A DNA stretch of 64,000 nt from Candidatus Eiseniibacteriota bacterium. Lineage in GTDB: Bacteria > Eisenbacteria > RBG-16-71-46 > CAIMUX01 > VGJL01. The stretch is taken from contig CAWBWI010000001.1 in the NCBI GenBank assembly GCA_963792585.1, positions 1,664,001 through 1,728,000 of the forward strand, given 5' to 3'. Of this stretch, positions 1-9,990 are shown one piece after another. The notes under the pieces were generated by a model. The model made no database searches. It had not been told where the DNA came from and was given only the letters and a program-made list of their open reading frames with translations. Both the position numbers and the translations under genes were made by a program. Within the stretch, counting starts at the first letter, position 1. Each line of letters starts with the position of its first letter.

Positions 1-180
1 GGCGATGGTCTCGGGGACCTCGCGCGCGTCGCCACTCAGGGCGAGACGGTCCGTCTGGTCCGCTGGGAGGAGATGAAGTCCCGACCGCGTCCCGGCGCGA
101 CCATCGGCTGGCAGGTGAGCGCCTTCCGGGACGGAGCCGCGATCGCGCGGTCGAGGATCGGAGCAATCGAGATCCCCTGA
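1..180 (+). CDS. 3' end of hypothetical protein (5'-truncated by window)
   Basis: Frame 1 is open from base 1 to TGA at 178-180 (GDGLGDLARVATQGETVRLVRWEE...IGWQVSAFRDGAAIARSRIGAIEIP*), with high GC3. Confidence 0.6.
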   Translation, partial: GDGLGDLARVATQGETVRLVRWEEMKSRPRPGATIGWQVSAFRDGAAIARSRIGAIEIP

Positions 181-285
181 GCCTCGATTTTCTTGCGCCC
201 CTCTTGTGATTCCCTCACCCCCTCCTGACTCGAAGAATGCAGACACCATCCGACCGGAGCAGCGCGGACGCAGCCCGGATCGGTC

Positions 286-1203
286 GTGCCTCAAGGAGGC
301 TCCCGATGCACAGAGGAATTCAGAGGAATTTCCAGGGCGTTCGTGGCGCTTGCCGCTCTGGTGGCCGCGCTCGCGTCGGCCCCGCCGGGCCGGGCCGCGG
401 ACGACGGCAACAACCGAGAAGTCATGGCATACGTCATCGCCCACTGGGACGGCGACTGCGACGCCGACGAGCGCAGGAACTGGGACAACATGGTGCGCGC
501 CTGGTACAACGACATCCGCAACGAGGAGCCCGCGCCCGATGGGCACGGGCCCGCATCTTACAACGTCGCCTTCCTCGACGATGACGGCTACATCAACGAC
601 AGCGACTTCGTGGATCCATCGATCCGCGCCTGGGGAAACGATCAGAACAACGCCGATCTTCCCGACGCCTTCATGCTCGGCTTCCACGGCGGGAATAACG
701 ATGCGGACCACCGCTGGTATGGCGTCGTGAAGTTCAACGAGAACGGCGACGGGAACTGCTACACCTATCAAGGTCACATGAAGTTCGGCGACGAGGACCT
801 CGAGTTCCTGCACATGTCCTCCTGCTTCAGCATGGATCGCGAGGACTGGTGGAACGAGTGGAACAGCTCGTTCGATGGGCTTCACCAGGCCGAAGGTTTC
901 CACGGCCTGATGTACATCGATGAGGACTACGTCTCCGACTATCGCCACTTCTCGGACGATTCGTTCTGGATCTCGATCGCCGATTCCTGGCTCGACAATC
1001 TCTACGACACCTCGCACTCGAACGATCAGTGCCCCGTCGCGCGCGTGGTAGGCACCAGCCACGACGACTGCGCGGACCGACTCGACATGGAACGCTATAA
1101 TGTTGTCTTCGCGGATCCGCCGGGCATCGGAGAGGCTCGATGGCACAGGGCCCGCTACGTCCGAGGCTGCACCCCAGGAGGAAAGGAGGCGCTCCCGCAA
1201 TGA
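286..1203 (+). CDS. Secreted DUF6345-like protein (possible His-Cys dyad, caspase-hemoglobinase-like fold)
   Basis: Signal-peptide-like N-terminus (AFVALAALVAALASAPPGRA); motifs D..DF.DP...G.D..N.D..D..M..FHG and FG..DLEFLHMSSC; ATGA overlap with the next gene. Start uncertain. Confidence 0.7.
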   Translation: MPQGGSRCTEEFRGISRAFVALAALVAALASAPPGRAADDGNNREVMAYVIAHWDGDCDADERRNWDNMVRAWYNDIRNEEPAPDGHGPASYNVAFLDDDGYINDSDFVDPSIRAWGNDQNNADLPDAFMLGFHGGNNDADHRWYGVVKFNENGDGNCYTYQGHMKFGDEDLEFLHMSSCFSMDREDWWNEWNSSFDGLHQAEGFHGLMYIDEDYVSDYRHFSDDSFWISIADSWLDNLYDTSHSNDQCPVARVVGTSHDDCADRLDMERYNVVFADPPGIGEARWHRARYVRGCTPGGKEALPQ

Positions 1204-2432
1204 GATCGCTCACGGCAACCCGATGGATGCGCCCCTTCCTGGGGACGCTGCTCTTGACCGCGCTCGGATCACCCCCCGCGCTCGCGGACGAGAGCCCCGA
1301 GCCGCCGCCGATTCCCAGAACCAAGCCTCTCACCTACTACGCGACGCTCGTCAGCACGATGCTCCCGTCGATTCCCTCGGGCATCCTGAGTGTGGCGAAC
1401 GGGCCGGACTGGATGGCCGGGAAGACGGTGCACCAGGTGGCGGCGGCCATGATGGACAGCGATCCCGGCACGATCGTCACCCATGGATCGGTGGTGCTGG
1501 CCTACGATCCCCCCGATGGTCCCCGTCGGATCCGCATGGAATTCACCGAGGGATACATCCGCCACACGAACCGGCTTCGCTCCTTCGGCGTGACATCCCC
1601 CTGCGCCGCGGTCTCGGCTTCGGAGGCGGAGAGTGCGCTCCTGTCCACCGTGAGCGCGCTCGGCCTCCCGACGAACGAGTGGAGCGCCCGGCGCGTCGAC
1701 ACCGTCGTCGACCGCTCCGTGAACGGCGAGGGTCAGGATCCCCCGACCGAAGCCGTTTGCGAGATCGAGCGGATGGTCACGATGGGCCGCAAGGCGTCGA
1801 ACGGCCTGCCGATCTTCGATTCCAAGGTGCGCGAGACGGTCTCGAACATCCACGAGCGCGCACGTCTGCTGATCGACTGGCCGAAGTTCGAGCTCGCGAC
1901 CGGGCTGATCCTGCGTACCCGAACCGAGGTCATCGACGATCTGGCGCGACGCATCTGGGACCTGCAGAAGAACTCGAGCGGGTTGGGAGCGGAGATCGAA
2001 CTGCAGATCGACCTCGGTTACATCCGCTCCGCAGAGGGGTACATCCCGGTTGCGAGGGCCGACTTCACCGACATCTATGATGTGTATGCGGGTCAGATCC
2101 TCTATGTAGCGCTCGCATTCAATCCGACCTCCGATGCTCCGGAGGATGCGGTGGCCTCGGGACTTCAGTTCCGCGCGCGGGTCGACCTTGCGGATCGCGT
2201 CGCGCTCCTGGAGTTCGCGTTGCCGAGCGCAGGAAACGCACGGCTGACGGTCCTGGACGTCGCGGGCCGGGAGGTCGCGTACGTGGCCGAGAGGACCTTC
2301 TCGATCGGATGGCAGCAGGTGTCGTGGAACCTGCGGGACGACGATGGGCGGCCGGTGCCCTCGGGCGTCTACTTCGCCCGGTTGGAGACGGGCCGCGAGG
2401 CACCGGTTCGAAAGCTGATCGTCATTCGATAA
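1200..2432 (+). CDS. Secreted protein with C-terminal FlgD-Ig/T9SS-type domain
   Basis: ATG at 1200 overlaps the upstream TGA; signal peptide; C-terminal LDVAGREV...WNLRDDDGRPVPSGVYFARL...KLIVIR. Confidence 0.85.
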   Translation: MRSLTATRWMRPFLGTLLLTALGSPPALADESPEPPPIPRTKPLTYYATLVSTMLPSIPSGILSVANGPDWMAGKTVHQVAAAMMDSDPGTIVTHGSVVLAYDPPDGPRRIRMEFTEGYIRHTNRLRSFGVTSPCAAVSASEAESALLSTVSALGLPTNEWSARRVDTVVDRSVNGEGQDPPTEAVCEIERMVTMGRKASNGLPIFDSKVRETVSNIHERARLLIDWPKFELATGLILRTRTEVIDDLARRIWDLQKNSSGLGAEIELQIDLGYIRSAEGYIPVARADFTDIYDVYAGQILYVALAFNPTSDAPEDAVASGLQFRARVDLADRVALLEFALPSAGNARLTVLDVAGREVAYVAERTFSIGWQQVSWNLRDDDGRPVPSGVYFARLETGREAPVRKLIVIR

Positions 2433-2481
2433 GTCGTCCGCAGTGCGGGTGGAGAGCCGCTAGTTGTCCGCAGTGCGGGTG
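2431..2481. repeat. Two ~20-bp direct repeats (AGTYGTCCGCAGTGCGGGTG) with 30-bp period
   Basis: 2432-2451 agtcgtccgcagtgcgggtg versus 2462-2481 agttgtccgcagtgcgggtg. Confidence 0.75.
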
Positions 2482-2542
2482 CGGAACCGGTAGGTGCAGG
2501 GCGCGCGCTCCCACGAACGGCGCCCTGTTGCCTGCGGTCCCC

Positions 2543-2578
2543 CAGCCGATCCCGCCGATTCAGCTGATCAAGCCGATT
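2543..2578. repeat. Four imperfect 9-bp tandem units (cagccgatc-like)
   Basis: cagccgatc / ccgccgatt / cagctgatc / aagccgatt, between convergent genes. Confidence 0.6.
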
Positions 2579-2665
2579 CCGGTAACTGCACGGCCCCGGG
2601 ATCACCGGAGGCTCCACTACTCGAAATGATGGGGTACCGATCCCCGCAGACAGCGGGATCCCGAA

Positions 2666-3580
2666 TCACCCCTCGAACGCCCGCTTCAGCGCCGCGACGT
2701 CGGGCTTCGTCATCTGCATCATCGCCGCGAAGGCGCGGTCGCGAGCTTTCACGTCCTTGGAGCTCAACCACTCCTCCGCGATCGCCTCCGGCACGACCTG
2801 CCAGGACACTCCGAAGCGGTCCTTGAGCCAGCCGCACACGCTGTGCTCGCCCCCGCCCCCGAGCGCGTCCCAGTAGCGATCGACCTCGTCCTGATCCGCA
2901 CACATGACCTGCAGCGAGAGCGCCTCGTTGAAGGTGATGTCATGCGCCAAATGACTGTCCATGGCGATCATCTCCTGGCCGTCGAGGACGAAGCGCGCAT
3001 GCTTCACCATCCCCTCCGGCCCCTCGCCGGCGGCGTAGTGCTCCGCGATGTCGATGCGTCCATTGGGGAAGATGTCCGTGTAGATGCGCATCGCCTCCCC
3101 GGCCCGTCCAGCCTGCGGCCCCGCAAACATGAGGCACGGCACGATGGTCGCTCCCCCTTGTGGACGGATCCCGGCGATCACCTGCCACGACACGCCGAAG
3201 CGATCCTTCACCCAGCCGTAGCGCGGACTCCAGGGGTACGCGTCGATGGGCATCAGCGCCTCCCCGCCTTCGGCGAGGATGCCGAAGAGTCGGTCGGCCT
3301 CCCCGGGAGAGTCGACATGGACGAAGAATGAGATGCTCGGGTTCAGAGCGAACATCGGCCCGCCATTGAGCAGAGTGAACCGCTGGCCGGCGATCTCGAA
3401 CTCGACGGTGAGCACACTCCCCGGCGGCTTGCCGGAGGGGTTGTCACCCGACTCGGGATAGTGGGATGTCGCGGTGACGCGGCCCTCGGGAAACGTCCGT
3501 ACGTAGAATGCGGCGGCCGCCTCGGCTTGATCGTCGAGCCAGATGCACGGGATGATCCTCGAAGGCGTAGACATGCTCAT
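2666..3580 (-). CDS. Two-domain VOC family protein (PhnB / 3-demethylubiquinone-9 3-methyltransferase-like)
   Basis: Duplicated PCIW/PCLMF...GWVKDRFGVSWQ / CGWLKDRFGVSWQ motifs, LNGGP motif, GAGGGAGG RBS. Confidence 0.9.
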   Translation of the reverse strand: MSMSTPSRIIPCIWLDDQAEAAAAFYVRTFPEGRVTATSHYPESGDNPSGKPPGSVLTVEFEIAGQRFTLLNGGPMFALNPSISFFVHVDSPGEADRLFGILAEGGEALMPIDAYPWSPRYGWVKDRFGVSWQVIAGIRPQGGATIVPCLMFAGPQAGRAGEAMRIYTDIFPNGRIDIAEHYAAGEGPEGMVKHARFVLDGQEMIAMDSHLAHDITFNEALSLQVMCADQDEVDRYWDALGGGGEHSVCGWLKDRFGVSWQVVPEAIAEEWLSSKDVKARDRAFAAMMQMTKPDVAALKRAFEG

Positions 3581-3649
3581 TCCTCCCTCGCCAATCCGGT
3601 GGGGACACGCAGCGGTTCCCCGTGTCGAGACGATACCGTCGACGCGTCC

Positions 3650-4264
3650 TTACCGGTACAACGACTTCACACGCCCCCACGTCGTCTGGTCCGTCGGGGT
3701 CGACTCGCCGCAGTAACCGGTCCCACGCAGGACGATGTCGTACCCGCCGCCGGCCCAGGATCCTCTCCACGAGGCGAGCGGTCCCGGGGCGCCCTGGCCG
3801 TCGGGCGGGATTTCGACGCTCCGCGGGGCGGTGCTCCAGATATCGAAGCCGCCGGGATCCTGCGCGAAGACATCGTGCAGGCTCACGGCGAGGTAGTAGG
3901 TCCCCGGGTTCAGCACGTAGAGCCCCGTGATCGTGCTCGGGCCGTTGATGTAGAAGCCCTCCTGCGAGGTGATCCCGATGCTGTTGGGATCGAAGAGCCA
4001 GAGCGGCGCGCCGTCGATGTCCGTGCTCTGCAGCTGCGCCAGGAAGAGGGTCTTGTCGGTGATGTTGATGCAGTACATGTCGACGGTGTCGAAGCTGTCG
4101 AGCGTGCCGGTGATGTTCTGAAGCGGGCCATTGCCGATGGTCTGCTGACTCGTCGAGACGAGGTCGCCGGCATCGCCCTGCTCTACCCATGTCTGGGCCG
4201 ATGCGGAAATCGCCGTAGCCATTGAGATGGCGGTCAGCAAACCGAGGAGACGTGAACCAACCAT
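3650..4264 (-). CDS. Secreted DVUA0089/PPC-like domain protein with C-terminal TWGxxKxxYR motif
   Basis: GGAGGA RBS before ATG at 4264; signal peptide; WVEQGDAG...DVDMY-like...LWLFD..G...GTYYLAVS; ends TPTDQTTWGRVKSLYR. Confidence 0.8.
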   Translation of the reverse strand: MVGSRLLGLLTAISMATAISASAQTWVEQGDAGDLVSTSQQTIGNGPLQNITGTLDSFDTVDMYCINITDKTLFLAQLQSTDIDGAPLWLFDPNSIGITSQEGFYINGPSTITGLYVLNPGTYYLAVSLHDVFAQDPGGFDIWSTAPRSVEIPPDGQGAPGPLASWRGSWAGGGYDIVLRGTGYCGESTPTDQTTWGRVKSLYR

Positions 4265-4819
4265 GCGATCCTCCAGCGCGGCCGCTGCTTCCAATCGGGT
4301 CAAGGACGCGGGATACGGAACGGGAGAGTCTATCACATAGTGAGGCTGCATTCTGCGCGAACTCGGGGCCTGCCGGGGAAGACTTCGACCAGGCTGTTCA
4401 GGAGCGAATCACGCCCTCCTGGATCCGGCAAACGGCCGCAAGTCGATCGATCAGATGCTGCGTCTGCTCCAAGTACTGGTTTGCGAGGTCGATCTGATCG
4501 TGCGCGAGAAGCGGTCCTGACCCATCCACGTTCGCGAGCTCGCCCCTTTCAGGGAAGTCACCGAAGCTTCCGGTGACAAGACCGAATAACGTCATCAATC
4601 GCGCAGGACGATTTCTTTGCAGTTCAGGCATGTGCGGAGTGGGCGTCGAGTAAACTCCCGAGCGCAAGCAGGTCATCCCCCGGGCGCACCCCGCCTGATC
4701 TTTGCGCGAGACCTCGATCTCTCTTGACTCCCCCTCCCCAGGCGCACGAAACTCTTCCGTTGCCGCTTGAACCATCCTCCTAGGCTCATCCACCGAGGGG
4801 CATAACGGAAGGACGAACG

Positions 4820-7420
4820 ATGATCGCAAAGACGATCCAGGCGGCCGCGCTTTCGGTAGCAACTCTTGTCCTCATCCTCTTCGCGGTCGCTCCGCTCGCC
4901 GATGGCAAGCCCGACACGTCGGGCAAGTCCGTCGAGTCGAGCATCGCCACCAAGCTCGGTGACTCCGGCAGCCCCACCAAACCAGGCGAATCCGGCAGCC
5001 CCACCGAGCCCGGTGAACCCACCAAGTCCTCCACGCCCGCGGAACCGTGGGAAGAAGGCGAAGACGGCGGCCCCCAGCGCTCGATCGACTACTTCAACCA
5101 GTGGATCGGTGAGCCGCTCACTCCCGAACGGCTCCATCAGATGTGGGATGAGGTTCTCGCCACTCCGTCCGAGCCGCCCGCGGGGGCGCAGGACTTCGTC
5201 AACTCGTGGGAGCTCATCGGTCCGCTCTACAGCGTGAACCCGGGCAGCGGATACATGACGGGTCGCGTGCGCGACATCGAAGCATCGACGACTCGTGTGC
5301 TCGCGGCCAGCGGCGGTCTCTGGCGATTCCACTTCGGGCCGATTCCCATGACGGAATCGATCCCCGCGAGCTGGTTCGGCAGCTTCTCGTCGAAGCCGGG
5401 CGATTCGAACACGATCCTGGTCGGCACCGGGGAATACCTCATCGGGTCGGGCACGGGGCTGTACAAGACACTCGATGGCGGCGCGACCTGGATGCACGCC
5501 TACATGACCCCGGAGCCGGCCCAGTTCCACAAGGTCCGCTGGTCGCCGACGGGCGCGGTCGCCTATGCGGCGACCACGAGCGGCTTCTACCGTTCCACAG
5601 ATGGAGGCTTGGTCTGGAGCCGCACGCTCACGGCCAACGTCACCGACCTCTCCACCGACGACAGCGGCTACTACCCGAACCTGGTCTACGCCTGTGTCTA
5701 CAACGACGGCCTCCACCGTTCGAACGATGCGGGAGTGACCTGGAGCAAGATGACGGATGGAGGCATCCCGCTCACCGGGACGCAGGAAGGAGCGGTCAGC
5801 ACCCCGGCCCACTCCCCATTCGTCCCTGGCTGGATCTACGTCTCGTTCGTGAACGCGGGGGTCTGGCGCTCGACCGACGGCGGCGCGACGTGGGCGAACA
5901 TCACGCCCGCGTCGGATCCCCACCGTTTCTGGTACGCGAACGTGATCGTCGCAGATCGTTGGGAGAACAACTACGTCCTGCTCGGCGGCGTGGGCGCGAG
6001 GGTCTCGGCCGACGGGGGCGCCACCTGGACCGCGCTCGTCACCCCTAATCTCCACGCCGACTATCACGCCTTCTCCTGGAACTCCGACGGCGTCGGGGTC
6101 TGGGCGGGCAATGACGGCGGTTGGTTCCACTCCACCGATCACGGTTTCACCTGGGATTCTTCCGCCAACGTGATGCCGATCACTCAGTTCTACAACATCG
6201 ACTGCGAGAAGTCCGAGATCGGATACATGATCGGCGGGACGCAGGACAACGACCTCGTTTACACCCCCACGCAGGACCTCTTCTGGAGCGACAAGGGCGA
6301 GGGGGACGGTGCGGGGGTCTCCGTCGATCTCTACACGCTCGGCCGGATGTGGGGCATGCACGGTGTATTCGGCGGCAATCTGAGCTACCACCGCGAGCGG
6401 ACCACCAACGGCGGCGTCAGTTGGCAGGAGGTCGACAACGGGATCGACCCGAACACGAACGCCGGCGTGATCCGCGGGGACAATGGGTTCAACCCGTGGC
6501 TGATCACGAGCGCGGGTCCGCACGTCTACGACTCTGTCGACCTTGGCGACACCTGGACGAAGTCGAACACGACGCCCTTCCCCTCCAACATCGCGAACCT
6601 GACCTCCTCCACGCGCGTCAATCCCAACGCGGTCGCCTATGCCTGCATGGCGGGCGTCGTCGGCGGGCAGTCTCTCTTCGTCCGGGACGGAGGCGTTTGG
6701 GTCGACCGCTCGGCGGGGCTGCCCGTGGGGTACACGGTCCGCAAGGTCGTTCCGCATCCCTGGTCCGGCAATTACGCCGACGAGGCGTGGGCGTTGATGA
6801 ACGGAATCAGCAACCCCGGCCAGAAGATCTATCACACGACAAACCGCGGGGTCACATGGACGAACGCCACCGGCGATCTACCCAACGTCCCAGTCGGCGA
6901 CCTCGTCGTTAATCCCCGATCGACGAACCAGCTCGTTCTCGGGTCGATGCTCGGCTGCTACCGCTCGATCGACGGCGGCGCCCACTGGGAGCGGTGGAAC
7001 AACGGGCTGCCCCCGTCGGTCATGGTCACCGAGATGTCCTACATCGACCTCACGCCTTCCGACGGTCCGTTCTACGTGGTGGCGGCGACGCACGGCCGCT
7101 CGGCGTGGAGGCGCATCATCCTGGGGACCGATCCGGCGGCCGTGGAGAATGCCGGGGCCCCGCTTCCTCTCGACCTATCCATTGCGAATCCCGTCGTCGA
7201 GCGCGCGACGTTGCAGTTCTTTCTCCCTCAGGCGGGACCGGCGCGGATCGAAGTCTACGATGTGCGCGGCGAGCGGGTCGCTACCGTCCTCGACGCGACC
7301 GTCTCGCAAGGTCGCCACGAGATCGAGCTCGACGGGCGCACGCTTGCCCCGGGTGTGTTCTTCTGTCGCCTCGATAGCGGCGACCGCACGGTTGTGAGGA
7401 AGATCACCGTGGTGCGGTGA
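4820..7420 (+). CDS. Secreted BNR/Asp-box (Vps10/GH74-like) beta-propeller protein with C-terminal FlgD/T9SS-type domain
   Basis: Signal peptide; WELIGP...GRVRDI, many S/T-x-D-G-G-x-T-W Asp-boxes, LHADYH, GGTQDN, GDG; C-terminal YDVRGERV...PGVFFCRL...KITVVR. Confidence 0.9.
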   Translation: MIAKTIQAAALSVATLVLILFAVAPLADGKPDTSGKSVESSIATKLGDSGSPTKPGESGSPTEPGEPTKSSTPAEPWEEGEDGGPQRSIDYFNQWIGEPLTPERLHQMWDEVLATPSEPPAGAQDFVNSWELIGPLYSVNPGSGYMTGRVRDIEASTTRVLAASGGLWRFHFGPIPMTESIPASWFGSFSSKPGDSNTILVGTGEYLIGSGTGLYKTLDGGATWMHAYMTPEPAQFHKVRWSPTGAVAYAATTSGFYRSTDGGLVWSRTLTANVTDLSTDDSGYYPNLVYACVYNDGLHRSNDAGVTWSKMTDGGIPLTGTQEGAVSTPAHSPFVPGWIYVSFVNAGVWRSTDGGATWANITPASDPHRFWYANVIVADRWENNYVLLGGVGARVSADGGATWTALVTPNLHADYHAFSWNSDGVGVWAGNDGGWFHSTDHGFTWDSSANVMPITQFYNIDCEKSEIGYMIGGTQDNDLVYTPTQDLFWSDKGEGDGAGVSVDLYTLGRMWGMHGVFGGNLSYHRERTTNGGVSWQEVDNGIDPNTNAGVIRGDNGFNPWLITSAGPHVYDSVDLGDTWTKSNTTPFPSNIANLTSSTRVNPNAVAYACMAGVVGGQSLFVRDGGVWVDRSAGLPVGYTVRKVVPHPWSGNYADEAWALMNGISNPGQKIYHTTNRGVTWTNATGDLPNVPVGDLVVNPRSTNQLVLGSMLGCYRSIDGGAHWERWNNGLPPSVMVTEMSYIDLTPSDGPFYVVAATHGRSAWRRIILGTDPAAVENAGAPLPLDLSIANPVVERATLQFFLPQAGPARIEVYDVRGERVATVLDATVSQGRHEIELDGRTLAPGVFFCRLDSGDRTVVRKITVVR
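4958..5011 (+). repeat. Intragenic 27-bp tandem repeat (GDSGSPTKP / GESGSPTEP)
   Basis: Units 4958-4984 and 4985-5011 in the low-complexity linker after the signal peptide. Confidence 0.7.
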
Positions 7421-7666
7421 TTGGAGCAGTGAGTGCGGCATAAGCCGGTGATCGGAGCCGGGAGGACAGGGACGTCTTCTCGGCTCCGGCGTTTGCGGCA
7501 CGCACGCATGCGCGGGCCGACCGCCCACTCACAGTCGGAAGATAAGAAGTCGCTCTCGGCCGACCCACAACCCCGCGAATCCCGTGACTCAGCGGGAACA
7601 TCGGCGTATGATTGCCGTTGTCAAAATCCCATGGAGAATTCTCGGGGTTCCACCGAGGAGGGCTCG

Positions 7667-9889
7667 ATGCGCCGCGCACTTCTGTTTGTCTTCCTTCTGT
7701 CTGCACCCGGCTTGTTCGCGTCCTCGGCCCACGCCTTCACGGGCCATCCGACGGGTCCGTCCACCGTGGCGATCAACTCCGTCCTGGCATCGCCGTGGAC
7801 GGACGGCGAGTGGTACGCGGGTTCGGCCAACACCGTTTATCGCTATAGCCCGGCGACCGACGCTTGGACTTCCTCCGGCGACGGGCTTCCGTTCGGGCAG
7901 GTCACGAGCCTCGTCGGTGGTCCAAACATGTTCGGGCTGCTCTACTGCGCCGTCCCTGCGCAGGGCGCCTGCCGGTCGACGGACTACGGCGGGTCCTGGA
8001 TCGGGATCAATAACGGACTCGACAACCTGAACGTCTCCGCGCTCGCACTCGATCCATCGCACCCGCACAACGTCTTCGCCGCCACGGGCGCGGGGGTCTA
8101 CAAGAGCACGAACAGCGGCGACACGTGGATCGCGGGCGGACTTGCGGGCAAGCCGGTCCTCGACATCGCCTTCGGTTCGAGCGGCACCACGTATGCGTGG
8201 GCCTCGGTCTCCGGCGAGGGGATCTACCGGACTTCTGACCACGGAGCGACCTGGAACATCGCTTCCAACGGGATGACGGGAGAGAAGATCTTCCACGACG
8301 TAAAGGTCCAGTTGTACGGACACATCTACGCGGTGGGCCGGGGGTGCTTCCGCTCGACGAACGGAGGCGACTCGTGGACCGCCTTCGGCGCGGAGTACGG
8401 GTCTCCCTACACCGAGGTCTGGGAGATCGCCGGGCGACCGAACGACCCGCACCAGGTCGCCGTCGCGACTCTAGGAAGCGGCGTCTGGCGGTCGACGGAT
8501 GGCGGCGTCACCTGGGCGCCGATCCCGCCCCCCTGCACCGGTCACGAGTACCTGGCGATCGCCTCGCGCTTCTTCGACACCGGCGAGGTTCTCGTGGGCG
8601 GATACGGCGGCGAGATCTTCCGCTCTGACGCCTTCGGCGACGCCTGGCACTGGTGCAACCGTGGGATCTCCACGGCGATCGTCTTCTCGATGGCCGCGCA
8701 CGGGGAACGCTGGCTGGCGGGAACCGAGCGCGGGATCTACGTCAGCGAGAACTCCGGCTTCGACTGGGAGACTTCGGACCTGGTGTTTGACGTCGGCGCG
8801 GAGGCCTTCACCGTCGTCTTCGCGCCGGGAGACGGGATGACGGCCTGGTGCGGGACGGCTTCCCTCGACGCGGGCGAGATCTACAAGAGCGTCGACGGCG
8901 GCCATCACTGGACACCCGTTCGCGCGACCGCGGGGAGCATGAAGGCTCTGGCTGTGGATCCAGTCGATCCGTCACGAGTTTACGCGGGGTACACCTGCAA
9001 CCTGGTCCGCACGACCGACGGCGGGTCGAGCTGGATCGTCCAGAGCTTGGACGGGGTCTGCGTCAACGCGCTGCAGGTGATCGAGGCGACGCCGTCGATC
9101 ATCCTGGCCGGCACGAACAACGGGATCTGGCGCAGCACGAACTACGGAGATACGTGGGAGCAGGTCGGCCTCACCGGCACGCTAGTTCTCGACATCTCCG
9201 CGGATGCGAGCGTGGCGAGCCGCTTCTTTGCCGCGACCATCGGTTCCCGCGTCCATGTAACGAACGACTTCGGCGTCACCTGGTCCCCCTTCGGCGGGAA
9301 CGACCTGCCCGTCAATGTCTACTCGGTCGACGGCATGACGCCGGCGGCGGGCGTGCTCGCGGGAACGGAGGCCAACGGGATCTGGCGGTACACGGGATCG
9401 GACTGGGCACAGCTTCCCACTGAGGAGCAACCGAACGCGAGTGGAATCCTCTGCTTCGTGGGCGGGATCGATGGTGGGCGGTTCCTGGCGGGCACCTACG
9501 GCGCGGGGGTGTGGGACTACATCGTGAATCCGTCCTTGGTCGAGGATCTGGGCGGCAAACGTTTGCCGCTGAAGCTCGCGGTGACCGGTTCGCCTGGGAG
9601 CGGGCCGTTCCGGATGGAGTTGGCGGGCGGCACAGTGGCGTCGGGGCGCGCGGCAACGCGCAGCGAGACGGCTGGGGCCACAGCGGGGCGCGTCGAGATC
9701 CTCGATGCACTCGGACGCACCGTGCGCGTGATCGACACGGCGGGGCCGGGTGCGCCCGGCGCCGCTTCCTCGACCTGGGATGGACGCGATACTCACGGCG
9801 ACGATGTTCCCGCCGGGATCTACTTCGTGCGGGCGCGCGTCGTGGCCGGCGGTGCCGTCGCCGGAGCGAAGATCACGGTGGTGCGGTAG
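7667..9889 (+). CDS. Secreted BNR/Asp-box beta-propeller protein with C-terminal FlgD-Ig domain
   Basis: GAGGAGG RBS before ATG 7667 (MRRALLFVFLL signal); repeated RSTDxGxxW; C-terminal WDGRDTHGDDVPAGIYFVR...KITVVR. Confidence 0.88.
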   Translation: MRRALLFVFLLSAPGLFASSAHAFTGHPTGPSTVAINSVLASPWTDGEWYAGSANTVYRYSPATDAWTSSGDGLPFGQVTSLVGGPNMFGLLYCAVPAQGACRSTDYGGSWIGINNGLDNLNVSALALDPSHPHNVFAATGAGVYKSTNSGDTWIAGGLAGKPVLDIAFGSSGTTYAWASVSGEGIYRTSDHGATWNIASNGMTGEKIFHDVKVQLYGHIYAVGRGCFRSTNGGDSWTAFGAEYGSPYTEVWEIAGRPNDPHQVAVATLGSGVWRSTDGGVTWAPIPPPCTGHEYLAIASRFFDTGEVLVGGYGGEIFRSDAFGDAWHWCNRGISTAIVFSMAAHGERWLAGTERGIYVSENSGFDWETSDLVFDVGAEAFTVVFAPGDGMTAWCGTASLDAGEIYKSVDGGHHWTPVRATAGSMKALAVDPVDPSRVYAGYTCNLVRTTDGGSSWIVQSLDGVCVNALQVIEATPSIILAGTNNGIWRSTNYGDTWEQVGLTGTLVLDISADASVASRFFAATIGSRVHVTNDFGVTWSPFGGNDLPVNVYSVDGMTPAAGVLAGTEANGIWRYTGSDWAQLPTEEQPNASGILCFVGGIDGGRFLAGTYGAGVWDYIVNPSLVEDLGGKRLPLKLAVTGSPGSGPFRMELAGGTVASGRAATRSETAGATAGRVEILDALGRTVRVIDTAGPGAPGAASSTWDGRDTHGDDVPAGIYFVRARVVAGGAVAGAKITVVR

Positions 9890-9990
9890 ACGGACCCTTC
9901 CACTCGGGCCGAGAAACCGGGACGCACATTGACGCGGCTCGTCCCCCCGCGGGCCGGCCCGCGAACGGACCGACCCTGGGGGGGACCTGC

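Noticed and set aside
2431..2481. Possible mini-CRISPR array
   Set aside because: Only two 20-bp units with a 10-bp spacer, and no cas genes or leader.
4398..4595. Small minus-strand ORF (..DQIDLANQYLEQTQHLIDRLAAVCR..)
   Set aside because: No RBS or recognisable motif. It could be a gene fragment but cannot be supported.
4673..6835. Long antisense ORFs (also 17175-19292, 26247-28130, 34322-37057, 41115-43349, 57456-59969)
   Set aside because: Shadow frames of real high-GC genes on the opposite strand, with R/G/V/A-rich composition and no motifs.
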